From NCBI RefSeq assembly GCF_030144855.1, contig NC_082726.1, positions 30,938,001 through 31,002,000 of the forward strand: DNA of 64,000 nucleotides, in the 5' to 3' direction. The translations under genes were made by a program, and so were the position numbers. The DNA is from Hypanus sabinus (Eukaryota). Position 1 is the stretch's first letter. Every line of letters starts with the position of its first letter. Of the stretch, positions 11,766 through 23,913 are shown one piece after another. A model generated the notes under the pieces. It made no database searches and had not been told where the DNA came from. It was given only the letters and a program-made list of their open reading frames with translations.

Positions 11766-13096
11766 TTGTTCTGATTGCATAGGTCCATTATTGACATTGT
11801 GAATCACTTGCAATGGCTCCAATGCCTTAGGCACATTCACCCCATTATCAGCTCAATTCCCAATAAAAGAATGTGCTTTAGGTGAGATCATCCCTGAAGA
11901 TCTTTCTGACGAGGAATGTTCCCCTTGTAGAAAGGCATACGTTTCTGTATCGAGATGTTAGGAAGCTCACAACTGTTTTTATTACTTAAACCAACCACTT
12001 CTAGTTCTGAAATGACGTGGCTACCCACAACCTTCTCATAACCCATTGTACGTAAGAGAAGGTGCGTTTCTTTTCCTGTCAGGTTGAGCTTGTTCACGAA
12101 GCTCACTGCGCAGAACGCAAGACAGTGGTTACTTATGCTTTCCCAGATCAAGGAAGTACACTTCCTTGATCTAGAAAAGCGTAAGTAACCACTGTCTTGT
12201 TAGCCTTCTTAGACTTCACCTGAACTGGAATTACAGGAAGCTTACAATCATGATCAGCAGACCCCACAAGGCCATTAGGTACCAAGGCAGTACATGCTGC
12301 TGTGTTTGCTTCACCAATGGCTTGTTTCGAGTCTGCATTCTTTTCATCAGTTCCAGGCTTAGTTGTAGCTTCACTTTCCACAACAGTAGCAAAGCTGCTT
12401 CCTTTAGCTTGAGAACAGATCTGAGATCCAGTTTTGTTCACACGTTTACCTACTGCCGGCAATGTAATATTCTATTTTTTTTAACAAATTCTGGGTGTGT
12501 AGCAATCTTTACTTGACTTTCAATAACTTCATCAATGTAAATGAAAGTAACTTTTCTTGCAGTTTATAAACTGCTGATCTCCATTTTTCCTAACTCATGC
12601 ATGTTCTGTACATCCTCCGTGGCATCACAACAGCCACTAATAAAAAGACTGTAATCTTGAAGAGTTTTCAGGTCATCTGATTTAATATGTGGTCAAGAAA
12701 GAGCCTTTTTGCATGTATGCCACAGCAAATTTGTGCTCATCACCAAAATGTTCCTGTAGTAAAGACTTTGGATATCCTTGCTCCAGGCCGGCCTGCTGGA
12801 AACTTTTGACAAGCTCTCTGGGGTAACCTTCAGTGAACTGTTTGAGAAAATAGAGATGGTCAGCATAATTATCAGTCTTGCCTTCAATGCTATTCTGGAA
12901 AGCTCCCATAAATGAATGGATCACCACAGAAGATTTCAATCCCTCTTTGAGGCAGAGATGCAATGCATTGTTGTTGCATGACTGTGCTTGTTCTTTCCTT
13001 TTGCATCTTTATGGCCTCCAGCACAGCACCTAGGCCTTTATCATCGGAAACACAAGTCCATCAATGTCCTCAGAAGCACCTTCTACCACTGGATAT

Positions 13097-13440
13097 TGTG
13101 ACATGGACGTGGGAGGAAAACGAACCCAAGTGCAGGACTCCGACGCGGAGGCAGGATCAGGAGGCAGAATCTCTGTAGCGAGTGTAGAATCGGGACCAAG
13201 CTGAGTCAGGACCTGAGAGACTTGGTTTACAGAGAGATATGGGGCTCCTCTCTCTGAGAGTCGACCAACAATCTGGCAAGGGCTGACCGGAGCTGTCGGA
13301 GTCTTATCCTCTGGTGGTGAATGGAAACCAGGTGCTGGTGATTGAGAGGAATTGGGAAAGATTGGGAATCAAGTGAGGGGATTAAGGACCAATTAGGGAG
13401 GAAAGGGAAAAGGTGGGAAATGCCAGCCAGGACCATGACA
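13097..13440 (-). mobile_element. Probable solo LTR (Gypsy-like) inserted in BEL gag
   Basis: TGT...ACA termini with a short terminal inverted repeat (tgtgacatgg / ccatgaca); flanks gatat and gttat form a near-TSD. Confidence 0.6.
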
Positions 13441-16400
13441 GTTATGGCATAAGATTAGAGTGTCTCCTTGGTGCAGGCTGAGTATGTACACCAAGAACTA
13501 TGCCTTGGGGCTCAAATGTATCCACATTAATATTGAGTACACTGGGTTTTCCCTGCTGCATGTCAACATAGAGCCTCTCCCAAAAGAGCTGTTTAGCACC
13601 CACGGCACTTGAAGCCCTTAGCATTTAGCTCTACCCATCTTAGCTTCAATTTCTTCCTGCAACTTAAGCTGCTCCATCTTTCTCTGAAGTTGCTCTTCTA
13701 TCTGTTCCTGGTGTCTTCAAAATTGTTCTGCCGGTTCTTCCTGGTTTCTTTGAAACTGTTCTTTGTCTCTTCGAAGCTATTCCATTTTTTCTTCCAGTGT
13801 GTGTTTATCCCTCGATATTTGCTGTTTTGTGTACAACAAAGGTAAATCAGTTTCTATTCTAATGTGTGCTAATTAGGTATCAGATGTACAGGTCACTTTG
13901 CTAGCAATAGAATGTGCTGTGTGCATGTTAGACATCTTCAGCTTTATACATAGTCACAGCCTATTCTGTGGCCTTGTAAATATTTTCATTTCTTCTATCA
14001 ATCTGACCTTCAATATTGCATGATTGTTTCATTTCTCTCTTAGTCTTGACTTCAAGGTCTCTGCTTCCAGCTTGACTCATGTTGTTTCTGAATGTGCAAA
14101 CCAGAGAAAGCAATGGCAAATTACATTTTTTATCACTAATTTTTATTGCAACACCAACAAATTACATTCAATACAACCAGTTGCCGATTACATTTTGACT
14201 GTTTAACCCAGCCACCCCCAACCCTCATCACTATCCCCCTCCGCCCCTCATCCCCACATCTCCTCTCTCCCTCTCTCCCCCATCCCTCTTCCCCACAACC
14301 AATCAACTGAATAGTAGTGCATACACAGACAGAACATTCCGATTTTAACAGAAAGTCTTTTAAGTTAGATGTCAGATTTGTCCACATTAAGATTGTGTTT
14401 GGTCATGTGTCATTTATTCTTGCTGATGGTAATTCCAGGTAGGAAATGTCCAAAAAGCTCCGAAGCCAGTGAGTACTTGAAATATCATGGGGAGGTTTCC
14501 AACGCTGGACTACAATCTTCTTGGCTGCAGTCAGGCCTGCCAGCCAGACTTTGCGTGATTTTTCCGTAAGGGAAATGTGGTAGTCATCGTTTAGAAGATG
14601 TACAGTGAGGTCCATTGGTAATTGTACCCCTGTTAGTTTTGTAAGAGTACTGATAACCTTCCCCCACAAACCAAAAACCCCTGGACATTCCCATACAACA
14701 TGTATAAAAGAGCCAACGGTTCCGTGGGGGCAAAATGAGCAATATGGGTCAGGAACCAGTCCCATTTGATGTCTAATTCTCGGTGTTAAATATGCTCTAT
14801 GACAAAATTTCAAGTGTATATACCAATGATTTGGGTTCAGCATTATCCCAAATCGCATCCCTGTCTAAGTCTTGTCCCAATTCAGATATGTCCCTATCCC
14901 AGGCTTTCATTCCTGCTGTGGGCATATATTTCTGGGAGTTTAATTTATCATAGATATATGATACTATCTATCCTGGAGTACTCTGTATTGAACTTAAAAT
15001 GGGATGGTCATTTAAATCTGACCCCCCAGGGAATCCCGTAGGCTTTACAAGCTGATCTTACTCTAAAATAGAAGAAAAGAGAATTTTATCAATATGATAT
15101 CTAGGTACCAGTTCTTGAAAGCTAAGGATCGTACTTACTCCATTAATATCTTGAAGAGTAGTAATACCTTTATCCTCCCAAGTTCTGTTAGTGAATGGTT
15201 CCCCCCAGGTAGAAAATGATTATTGCTCCATACTGGAAAAGATTTGCACCATACACTTTTAAATTTTAGGAATTTTTCTGCTCTAAACACTTGTAGCATA
15301 TGGGTTAAAATTGGACCATAATACAAATCACATTTTTTGGTAGACATGCCTATAAGGAGAAAGTTCTTCAATCTTATTGGTGCTTTAGCTCTTGTTCTAT
15401 ATTTTTCCATGACGAAACTTTATCCTCCTCCAGTCAATAGCTAAGACTTTTTAATACAAATACCCAGTGATACAATTTAAAATTTGGACATGCCAATCCC
15501 CCATCTGACTTTTTGAATTGCAGAGCTGACCACCTTATATTGGGTCATTTACCGTTCCAAACATAGCATCGTAGTAAGGAGTCCAGTTTTTGCCAATATC
15601 CTGCTGGAGGCACAAGTGGGATCAGTGAGCTGATAAAATTAATGCAGAGTAAGATGTTCATTTTAATGACTGATATACGGGCTGGGACTGATGCTGGCAG
15701 GTTTCTCCATCTTTTAATATCTTATTCTGTTTTTTTCAAAATTAAAGAGTAATTTGCTTTAGCCACAGATGATAGGGAAGTATTAACTTTAATACCCAAG
15801 TAGAGGACCTCTTTTGTAACCTTAATCTGGGGAGGCAGAGTCACCTTACTTTCATCTGTATTAATCAGCATCAGTACTGATTTTGACAAACTATATCCTG
15901 GAAGAAATCCAAATTGCTCCAGTGTTTTTAAAACATAGGGGAGAGTTTGTTGAACACTTGCCATATAAACTAGTGTGTCGTCCACATAAAGTGATATCGA
16001 ATGTGATGTTGTACCTACTGTAATAGGGGAGATCTGAGGAGAGTTTCTAATTAAATGTGCAAGCCATTCAATAGATATAGAAAATACTAAAGGAGACAGA
16101 GGGTCCCCTTGTTGTGTGCCCCGTCTTACATCAAATAACTCTGAGAAACCTCCTCCCACACATACCCAGGCTGAGGGATTTGCGTAAAGTGTTTGAATCA
16201 TATTGATAAATTTATTGCTGAGCTTAAATTCTTTTAGAACTCTCCAAAGATGTGGCCATTCAAGGCGATCGAATGCTTTTTCAGCATCTAGAAATAGCAG
16301 GTCACAGACAGGTGAGATTTTATGTGTTGCACTCAGTATGTGTAAGAGCTGGCGAATATTATCAGATGCGAGACGTCCCCTGATAAAGCCCGTTTAATCT

Positions 16401-17616
16401 GGGCTGGTTATTATCCCAACTACTGGCTAAGACTTTGGAAAATACCTTGAGGTCGGCATTTATCAAGGAGATTGGACGGTAATTGGCACACACCAAGGGG
16501 CTCTTACCGGGCTTAGGTATAACTGTGATCAGGGCTATGGTTAGATCTCAATGGAAAGCGCCATTTCCAATAGCATAATTTAATGTTTCTAACCACACTG
16601 GTCCAAGAATATCCCAAAGAGCTAGGTAAGGTTCCACAGGTATGCCGTCTATACCTGGCGTACGGCCTCTATTTGTAGTTTTGACTGCTTTGAGTAGCCC
16701 ATCCAGTGTAATGGGAGAGTCTAGAGTTTTGGTGTCCTCTAATGACAATGTAGGGAGGTTTAATCCACTAAAAAACTTCCTAAAAATAAAATGACTATAA
16801 AAATAAAGTCACTAAAATGACTTGCTTCTGAAGTCATTCTCAGAAGGAACTGAGCCTCTTGTATACAGTTCTTTAAAGTAATTCTTGAATGTTTCATTTA
16901 TTTCCTCTGTTGAAGATACTACTCCATGTTTAGCACATCTAACTGCTGGTATAGACCTTTTAGCTTTCTGTTGTTTGAGCATTTGTGCCAAAAGATGGCT
17001 CGGTTTGCTGCCTTCTGCATAATACTTATGGTTGGTTATATGGATCATATATTCTGCCCTGTTTCTTAAAAAAATCATTTAATTATGCTTGTTTTGTTCT
17101 GAGCTCGTTTTCTTTCGTTATGGTGTATCTCCTTTTGAGATCATTCTCCAAAACCTTACGTTGTTCTTCTAGGGTGGAAATCTTTTGAAGCCGGCTTTTA
17201 TGTAGGTGGGCACTGAACCATATGGCGTTATTTTGTAAGAAACCCTTGATGGAGGCCCAAACCACTGTCACATCTGAGACACTATTGTTATTTAAATTTA
17301 TAAATTCCGTCAGTTTTGTTCTCAGTTGTGTTAGAAATTTGTTGTTTTTTAGAAGGGTGGAGTAAAACCTCCACCTAGTAGCCTTACTTTTAATTTTGCC
17401 ATAATTAAAAGTAGATATGACTGGGCAAAAATTCTATTGGGTGTACCAAAGGCAGCAAACTGGATGATATAAGAATGTAATCTATCTGAGAGAAAGTTTT
17501 ATGACTTGTGGGGAAGGTATAGTCTTGAGCAGATGGATTATGCATCCTCCACATATCAGTTAAATTTAAATCCGTTAGAAAAAAGGTTAAGTGCTTTGGA
17601 AGCTTCTTGAGAGCTT

Positions 17617-18303
17617 CTTCACGAGGAAATCTCCAGCTGCTGGAAATTCAAGCAACACACACAAAATGCTGGTGGAATGCAACAGGCCAGGCAGCATCTA
17701 TAGGAAGAAGTACAGTCAACGTTTCGGGCCGAGACCCTTCGTCAGGACTAACTGAAAGAAAAGATAGTGAGAGACTTGAAAGTGGGAGGGGGAGGGGAGA
17801 TCTGAAATGATAGGAGAAGACTGGAGGGGGAGGGATAAAGCTAAGAGCTGGGACGTTGATTGGCAAAAGGGATACGCAGCTGGAGAAGGTAAACGATCAT
17901 GGGACAGGAGGCCTAAGGAGAAAGAAAGGCAGAGGGGAGCACCAGAGGGAGATGGAGAACAGGCAAGGAGTGATTGTGAGAGGGGCAGAGAGAGAAAAAA
18001 AGAGGGGTAATTAATAAATAGATAGATTGATAGATAGAGGATGGGGTAAGAATGAGAGGAGGGCCATTAACGGAAGTTAGAGAAATCAATGTTCATGCCA
18101 TCAGGTTGGAGGCTACCCAGACGGAATATAAGGTGTTGTTCCACCAACCTGAGTGTGGCTTCATCTTGACAGTAGAGGAGGCCATGGATAGACATATCAG
18201 AATGAGAATGGGATGTGGAATTAAAATGTGTGGCCACTGGGAGATCCCAGTTCCTCTGGCGGACAGAGCGTAGGTGTTCAGCGAAACGGTCTCCCAGTCT
18301 GTG
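17617..18303 (-). mobile_element. 5'-truncated Penelope-like element: GIY-YIG C-terminus, 3' UTR and pseudo-LTR with hammerhead motif
   Basis: Minus-strand translation RLGDRFAEHLRSVRQRNWDLPVATHFNSTSHSHSDMSIHGLLYCQDEATLRLVEQHLIFRLGSLQPDGMNIDFSNFR; hammerhead core at 17713-17749. Confidence 0.9.
17713..17749 (-). ncRNA. Minimal type I hammerhead ribozyme motif
   Basis: aguc-CUGACGA-a-GGGUCUCGGCCC-GAAA-C-GUU-gacug; stem I aguc/gacu. Confidence 0.75.
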
Positions 18304-19586
18304 TCTTCCTCAACTATATCAAGTTCTCAAATCTGCATCTTGAGAGCTTAATATAGTTGAGGAAGATCTATCAAGGCTATTCTTTACCAAAGCATTCATT
18401 TCCAAACCAACATATAGTTGGTAGTCACTTAACTTCAGTAATTGTGAGGTAATTGAGGGAAAAAATTCAACCTCGAATAGAGTTGGGGCATATAGGCTAA
18501 TGAATGCAACTTTTTCACCCTGAATGGATGTACAGCAAAAAGCTAGACGTCCTTTGTTGTTGGCACCAGTCCTTTCAATTGTTACATTAATACTAAGTCT
18601 CGTTAATATAACTCCTTTTGTACGAGTACCATCAGCTGATGCCACACCAGGTTTATAAAAGTGGTTTTGAACCCTGGGAATGTCATTAGGTTTAAGATGT
18701 GTTTCCTGTAACAGTGCAATACTTATTTTCTTTCTGTGTAAGAAATCTGAAACTTTTGAACGCTTGTAGGTTGAGTTTAATCCTCTAACATCAAATGATA
18801 CAATAGTAAGATTTTCTAATTTATCTGGGTTGCTCATCTTCCCCTGGATCTGTTGTTGTAAGTTGGTGTTGGAGCCCTGAGTTACCCCCTTCCCACCCCC
18901 CTCCCACCACCCCTCCCATTCAACCCTTTACTTTGTAACATCTGTGGTTGTCACTTAGCAATGTCAGACACTGAACAGTAACCGCCCCCCTCACATTAGA
19001 AAAGCAAAGCGGTTCTCATAGACAATCATATCAAAGGAACAAGAAACAAAACCTGGTCAAACCTGCTAACCTATATAAGTAAAACCATTCCTGTATCAAA
19101 TATAACACATAATCAAGACCCCAACAGCTCTCTTGCAGGAGACTGTTGCTTTAATGGACGGTCGCTTAGCAATGACGCCAGTGACGCCTTACCTGGCAGC
19201 CATGGACGTAAACAAGTCTACTGGAGACATAACCCGAAATGAACACGTACAACTAAAGTTATTCAGAACAAACTGCTGTTTTCAGCTTCATTCTTGAAGT
19301 ATGACATTTGGGTGTGTTGAATATCACCTTAGAAAGTGAAAGATAAAAAGTATATTCTAGGTGGACCTGTATCACATTACCATGTTATCCTTGCACTAAC
19401 AAGTTAACTGAGCCATTGCCTCAAAACTCTGACCTGCAATACTCAGAAAAAGACTGGCCCCTTAATTAACTAAATACAGAAGTGCATGGAATGACTTTCC
19501 AATAAAAGAATAACCAGGAAACTTCACACCTAGGACGTTAACTTGCCCATGCCTGTTAGATTGCACATACAGGCTGGTCTGAGCTC

Positions 19587-20420
19587 TTAATGCAGTTCCA
19601 TCTCCTTCTGAGGGACGTGTGGACTTTGCCCAGGGTCTTCTTTCATATCTCCCAGCACCGATAACTTCAGGGATTCTTTCGCTTCCTCTGCCGAGTTAAA
19701 CAACATCTTCATGCCCTTGGTATTCACTCTCAAAATCGCCAGGTATATGAGGAACGAGTCAATCCCCTTCTGTCGAAGCTTAGTGCGGATCTCCTTGTAT
19801 CCCTGCCATTCCTGCATCATGCCGGGGCTGTAGTCGGTGAAGAACTGCAGCTGGGTGCCATCAGGGAGAATAGGTTTGGCTTTCCTCGCGCCCTCCAGGA
19901 TAGCCTGCTGGTCGGTGTACCGTAGAAGCCTAAAGATCATGGTCTGCGGTCTTGAGGTGTTGTTGGAAAAGATCTTATGTGCTCTATCGATTTCCAGTGG
20001 AGTGCTGTGGGAGTTCTTGAGCGCTGGAATCCAATTAGGCAGTATCTCCTGGAGGTAACCTCTCGGATTGTTGCCCTCAGCGCCTGTCGGTAGGTTAACC
20101 AGCCGCACATTGTTTCTCCTGAATCTATCCTCCAAGTCGTTTAGTTTCTTCCATATCTTAGTCACCTCCGCGAGACAGGAGTTAGTAACTTTCTCATTCT
20201 TGCGTAAGCAAACCTGAATGTTATCTATTTTGTTAAAGACTGCGCTAAGTTTTTTAGCATGAATGTCCGCTTGCTCCTTTAACGACCGGAGAATGGTGCC
20301 ATTCTCTGCCATATGCTTCTGTATGGGTCGAGAGCCTTTTCCAGCAACTCCTTTAGCATGTGGGCTACCGTTTCTTGTAGCGATTCCAATCTCCGTTGCC
20401 ATTGTTTGCTTAATTAGCAT
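19587..20420 (-). CDS. L1 ORF1p (coiled coil, RRM, CTD); open over 277 aa, upstream N-terminus broken
   Basis: LNDLEDRFRRNNVRLVNLP, EIDRAH, IFRLLRY, FFTDYS motifs. Confidence 0.85.
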   Translation of the reverse strand: MLIKQTMATEIGIATRNGSPHAKGVAGKGSRPIQKHMAENGTILRSLKEQADIHAKKLSAVFNKIDNIQVCLRKNEKVTNSCLAEVTKIWKKLNDLEDRFRRNNVRLVNLPTGAEGNNPRGYLQEILPNWIPALKNSHSTPLEIDRAHKIFSNNTSRPQTMIFRLLRYTDQQAILEGARKAKPILPDGTQLQFFTDYSPGMMQEWQGYKEIRTKLRQKGIDSFLIYLAILRVNTKGMKMLFNSAEEAKESLKLSVLGDMKEDPGQSPHVPQKEMELH

Positions 20421-21310
20421 AGCTATTTCCTCAGATGAATCACTAGCTTGGTGTCATCTGCTGGTATCTTGTTTCTTGGTTGAATTTGGATGTCTTTATG
20501 AGGTCATGTCTTTAGTTAGATCTTTCTCCAACTCAGCCTTGTATTAAGACCGTCCATGAGCCCTAAAGAATGTGAAAAAGGAGAGTTATATGTCAGTGCT
20601 CAGTGCTGTGCTGCCATCTTACCTCGTACCTCACTAGAAGTCCCCGTAAATTAAATTTAACTGTAGACACCGTAAGTATTTCAATTCAGAACCAAGTGCC
20701 GAACTACTCAGGCAAACACCACTACACAGCTTTCAGTCCCTAATTGGACAGGCAGCGCTGAGCATTCAAAACTGTTTCAAACCCAGACACACTGCATGAA
20801 CCAACAGATTAGATGACTGTTACTTGCCACAAGTTGCTCTAGGCTGCAGATCTTCTGACTTCATGGACACATCTGAAGGCTGATGTTCATTTGGTAAAAC
20901 TGTCGAAAAATATTTGCCTACAGAATGTAGCTACAAAACCAAATCCAAAAGTGGCAACCCTGTGGATTGGTTATATTTGCATGATGTACCTCCAACTCCA
21001 AGGATTGCTCCAAAAGTCGAATCTTTTGTTCAATCCTCTATTAGCAATTAGCAAACATACAATCTTGAAGCAATGAAACTTAAGCATACCCAAGTGTAAG
21101 CTAAGTGTAATTGAACATTATTGAGCAGTCTGTAAAAGATATGACAGCCGCCAGTCCCAAACTACAAACTACAATGAAATAAGCAAAGATATAATTTATT
21201 CCCTTCGCTTTTACCACATCCTCACTCATGTGAGTAGTTACCATCATAAACATAATAAACACATAACACTGAGTACAGTGCATCGAGAACAGATGCATCA
21301 ACTTCCTACA

Positions 21311-21660
21311 AAGGACTACACAATCCCCCTGCTCTGAAGCTGCTTCATGAGGATAAGGGTGAGGTTTGTTACTGTAATCACCAAGGGATGGGACGAGACT
21401 GAGGTAACAGTACGTGTAATGTCGATACTAGTGTCCCTCCAATTCCCATTTACTGGTTATGTGGTCATCAGATCAAACTCTGGCTGCCCTTTTAAAATGG
21501 GATTATTGGTTGAAACAAATCCAGGGAGGATTTGTTGTGTCTATGTAGTATTATATATGTACCAACTATTACACTGTATTGAATTTTTCTGTTCAGAAGA
21601 GCATGATGACACAGAACAGTCCCGGTGCACAAATGCAATAAAGTATGATTGAGGAAAGGA
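21311..21660 (+). pseudogene. env: ERV env remainder (SU C-terminal part joined to a probable membrane anchor) and PPT
   Basis: GEVCYCNHQG..*GNSTCNV...IYWLCGHQIKLWLP followed by a hydrophobic stretch; purine tract gaggaaaggaa then TG at 21662 (possible 3' LTR start). Confidence 0.6.
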
Positions 21661-22392
21661 ATGCGAGTTCCAGGGTCTAGTTAATCAGCATTGATAGCTC
21701 CCTCAGGTGACAGCACTTCCTGCAGTTGTGGTTTCCAAAACACAGAAACCAATGTGGAATTACCAAAACTCTCGATCTGCATTCCATGGGTCTGAGTCTT
21801 CTTACAATCCCACCATTCATTGCAAACCACCTTTGGCACTCACATGCTGGGTTTTGTTTTTATTGATGACAGGAATATTTTTATCAGAGCTTCCTTATGT
21901 TGGTTGTTTAATGCTGACGAGTTGATTGATTGAATGTAATGTACTAATTGTACAGTTTAACACATACAAGTTGTACTTTTGCTAGGTTTCACTTCAATCT
22001 TAGGAATGCAGCTTGCTGTTCTTCCAGGCTCCTAACTGTTACAGCATTGGTCCTCTGGCTTGATGACAGCAGTAGACTGAGGATATTCCTGTCCTAATGT
22101 TACCGAGGGTCCTGGAATACAACTTACAACAGCTGATAGACTCAGTTGCCCAAATTTTCGATGCCATATTTAACACAATGCTAATGCTACAACACAACAT
22201 AATGGAGGATGACCTTATAGTGAAGATGAGATAGTATCCACAAAGACCATATATCAGTCACTCCTACCAATATTCATTTTGGGCAGATATATCTGCAATA
22301 GGAAGATCAATAAGGATATGGGCAAGCAGTGTGATCCATTCAGCCCCTGCCATTGAGCCTGTCTGGCAGCAACACCCTCAGGAGTGGCCACT

Positions 22393-22620
22393 GTTGTGTA
22401 CTTAATATTTCAGTAATATTTGAGTCATATAGTAAATATATTGTTTGATTATTTTTGTTGTTTACATAATTTATTACAGGTTATGAGTAATAGTATGTGA
22501 GTAATAGTATATGTCATCACGCGACCACGTCATACATGTGCACCTCACTTAAACTGAAAATAAAACTAAGATATGTTCCTCTGGGCTCCTGTTAATGTAT
22601 TTTTAAAAGATGACTACTGT
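22393..22620 (+). mobile_element. Possible Gypsy LTR remnant
   Basis: Starts tgttgtg, contains aataaa, lies upstream of the Gypsy pol fragments at 25.5-26.9 kb. Confidence 0.3.
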
Positions 22621-22709
22621 GTTTCAAAGATACTAAGCTGAAGCCTACAGATATCCAGCTAAGAACTTGTATGTATGCAGAATAAAAGTCTGAGATTTGT
22701 CTTCTCCAG

Positions 22710-23260
22710 ATAGCCATAAATGCACCGTAGAAAGCATTCTTCTAGGGTGCGTCACAACCTGGTATGGAAGTTGTCCTGTCCAAGACCGGAAGAAGCTGCA
22801 GAAGATTGTGAACACAGCCCAGCACATCACACAAACCAATCTTCTGTCCTTGGACTCACTTCACACCGCATGCCATCGGAGCAATGCTGCCAGGATAATC
22901 AAGGACACGACCCACCCAGCCAACATGCTTTTTGTCTCTCTTCCCTCTGGGAGAAGGTTCAGGAGCTTGAAGACTCGTACAGCCAGATTTGGGAACAGCT
23001 TCTTTCCAACTGTGATAAGACTGCTGAACAGATCCTGACCCAGATCTGGGCCGTACCTTTCAAATATCCAGACCTGACTTGCACTACCTTACTTTCCCTT
23101 TGCTATTTTCTATTTGTGATTTATAATTTTAATTTTTATTATATTTACTATTGATTTGTACTCCAGGGAGTGAGAAGCGCAGAATCAAATATCGCTGTGA
23201 TGATTGTATGCTCTAGTATCAATTGTTTGGTGACAATAAAGTAATAAAATAAAGTAAATA
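22710..23260 (+). mobile_element. Rex1/Babar LINE 3' fragment
   Basis: CTVESILLGCVTTWYG...LPSGRRFRSLKTRTARFGNSFFP; aataaagt-repeat tail. Confidence 0.85.
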
Positions 23261-23514
23261 CAGAAAACCATAGAAGTAATTGGAAAAAAACATCAATTCC
23301 CACAAAAAGAAAAAGAAACAAAAATTTGCAAACCCTAAACCCCCCAACCTCTCCCTCGCACAAAAACTACCAGATCATCCAAACCCCCAGCTCACCATTT
23401 GCAAAAGGAAAGAATGTGCGTGAACACAAAAAAACATAGAACTAAAAAATGTCACTATGAACTATAGTCCAATCCATAAACCACAGAACATCTCCAAGCA
23501 GTGGGACTCAGAGG

Positions 23515-23650
23515 CCTCTCAGAGGGAAGTGTGTTGAACTGGCCACCCCTCTGAGGTAAGTGACACGAACCACCGGCCCTTCTGAGGGAAGCAACGTGAA
23601 GCAGAGGTCCCTCCGAGGGAAGTGACACGAACCACCAGCCTCTCTGAGAA
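23515..23650. repeat. Minisatellite of about 30-bp units (4-5 copies) within a repeat UTR
   Basis: Recurrent ctgagggaagtgacacgaaccacc-like units. Confidence 0.75.
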
Positions 23651-23913
23651 CCGTTCGCTCTCCTCTGTATTTGCCTTGATGTTTGAATCTTCCTTGATGG
23701 GCAAAAAATGCAGTTGATCATGACCCCGCATCTTATCTCTGAACTTCTCTTTGTGGTAGCTCCTGCTCGCATTTCTCTCCTGGAGTTTTCTCAGGTACAG
23801 CAGAGCGCTAGCTCACCGGATCGAATTACAGGCTGTAAGTCACAGTCTTCAATGGTTTCAAAAACAAAATTAGGATAAAAAGAATAAATAGAAGATGTAG
23901 AAAAACTGGTAGA

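Larger units (their letters stand above)
14400..18837 (-). pseudogene. L1 ORF2 (APE endonuclease, RT, Cys-rich domain), frameshifted and interrupted by a Penelope insertion
   Basis: SFDVRGLN...LLQETH (EN), TPGIDG, RGTQQGDPLSPLVF, SLYVDD, YLGI, CSFC...HVVWEC. Confidence 0.9.
14125..20645 (-). mobile_element. Full-length L1-clade LINE
   Basis: 5' end ggggacttc with a YY1-like aagatggc; ORF1, about 750-bp spacer, EN-RT ORF2, AATAAA and A-rich tail at about 14125-14147; degenerate TSD gcaaattacattt (14116) / gtaaattaaattt (20646). Confidence 0.9.
10934..21310 (-). mobile_element. BEL/Pao LTR retrotransposon, old and internally deleted, hosting nested L1, solo LTR and Penelope repeats
   Basis: Diverged direct repeats 10934-~11320 and 20926-21310; 5-bp TSD aagga at 10929-10933 and 21311-21315; PPT-like sequence next to 11320; gag (HLYFLKQFTEGYPRELV) and protease (LPVIPVQV...TYAFLDQGS) in 11850-13000. 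Confidence 0.85.

Noticed and set aside
10934-21310. Repeats at 10.9-11.3 kb and 20.9-21.3 kb as tandemly duplicated host exons (IEQKIRLLEQSLELE)
   Set aside because: TGT/ACA termini, PPT and shared 5-bp TSD identify them as BEL LTRs; the reading frame is broken in one copy
23515-23650. CRISPR-like array of ~30-bp repeats
   Set aside because: Units are contiguous and degenerate with no unique spacers, there are no cas genes, and the context is vertebrate: a minisatellite
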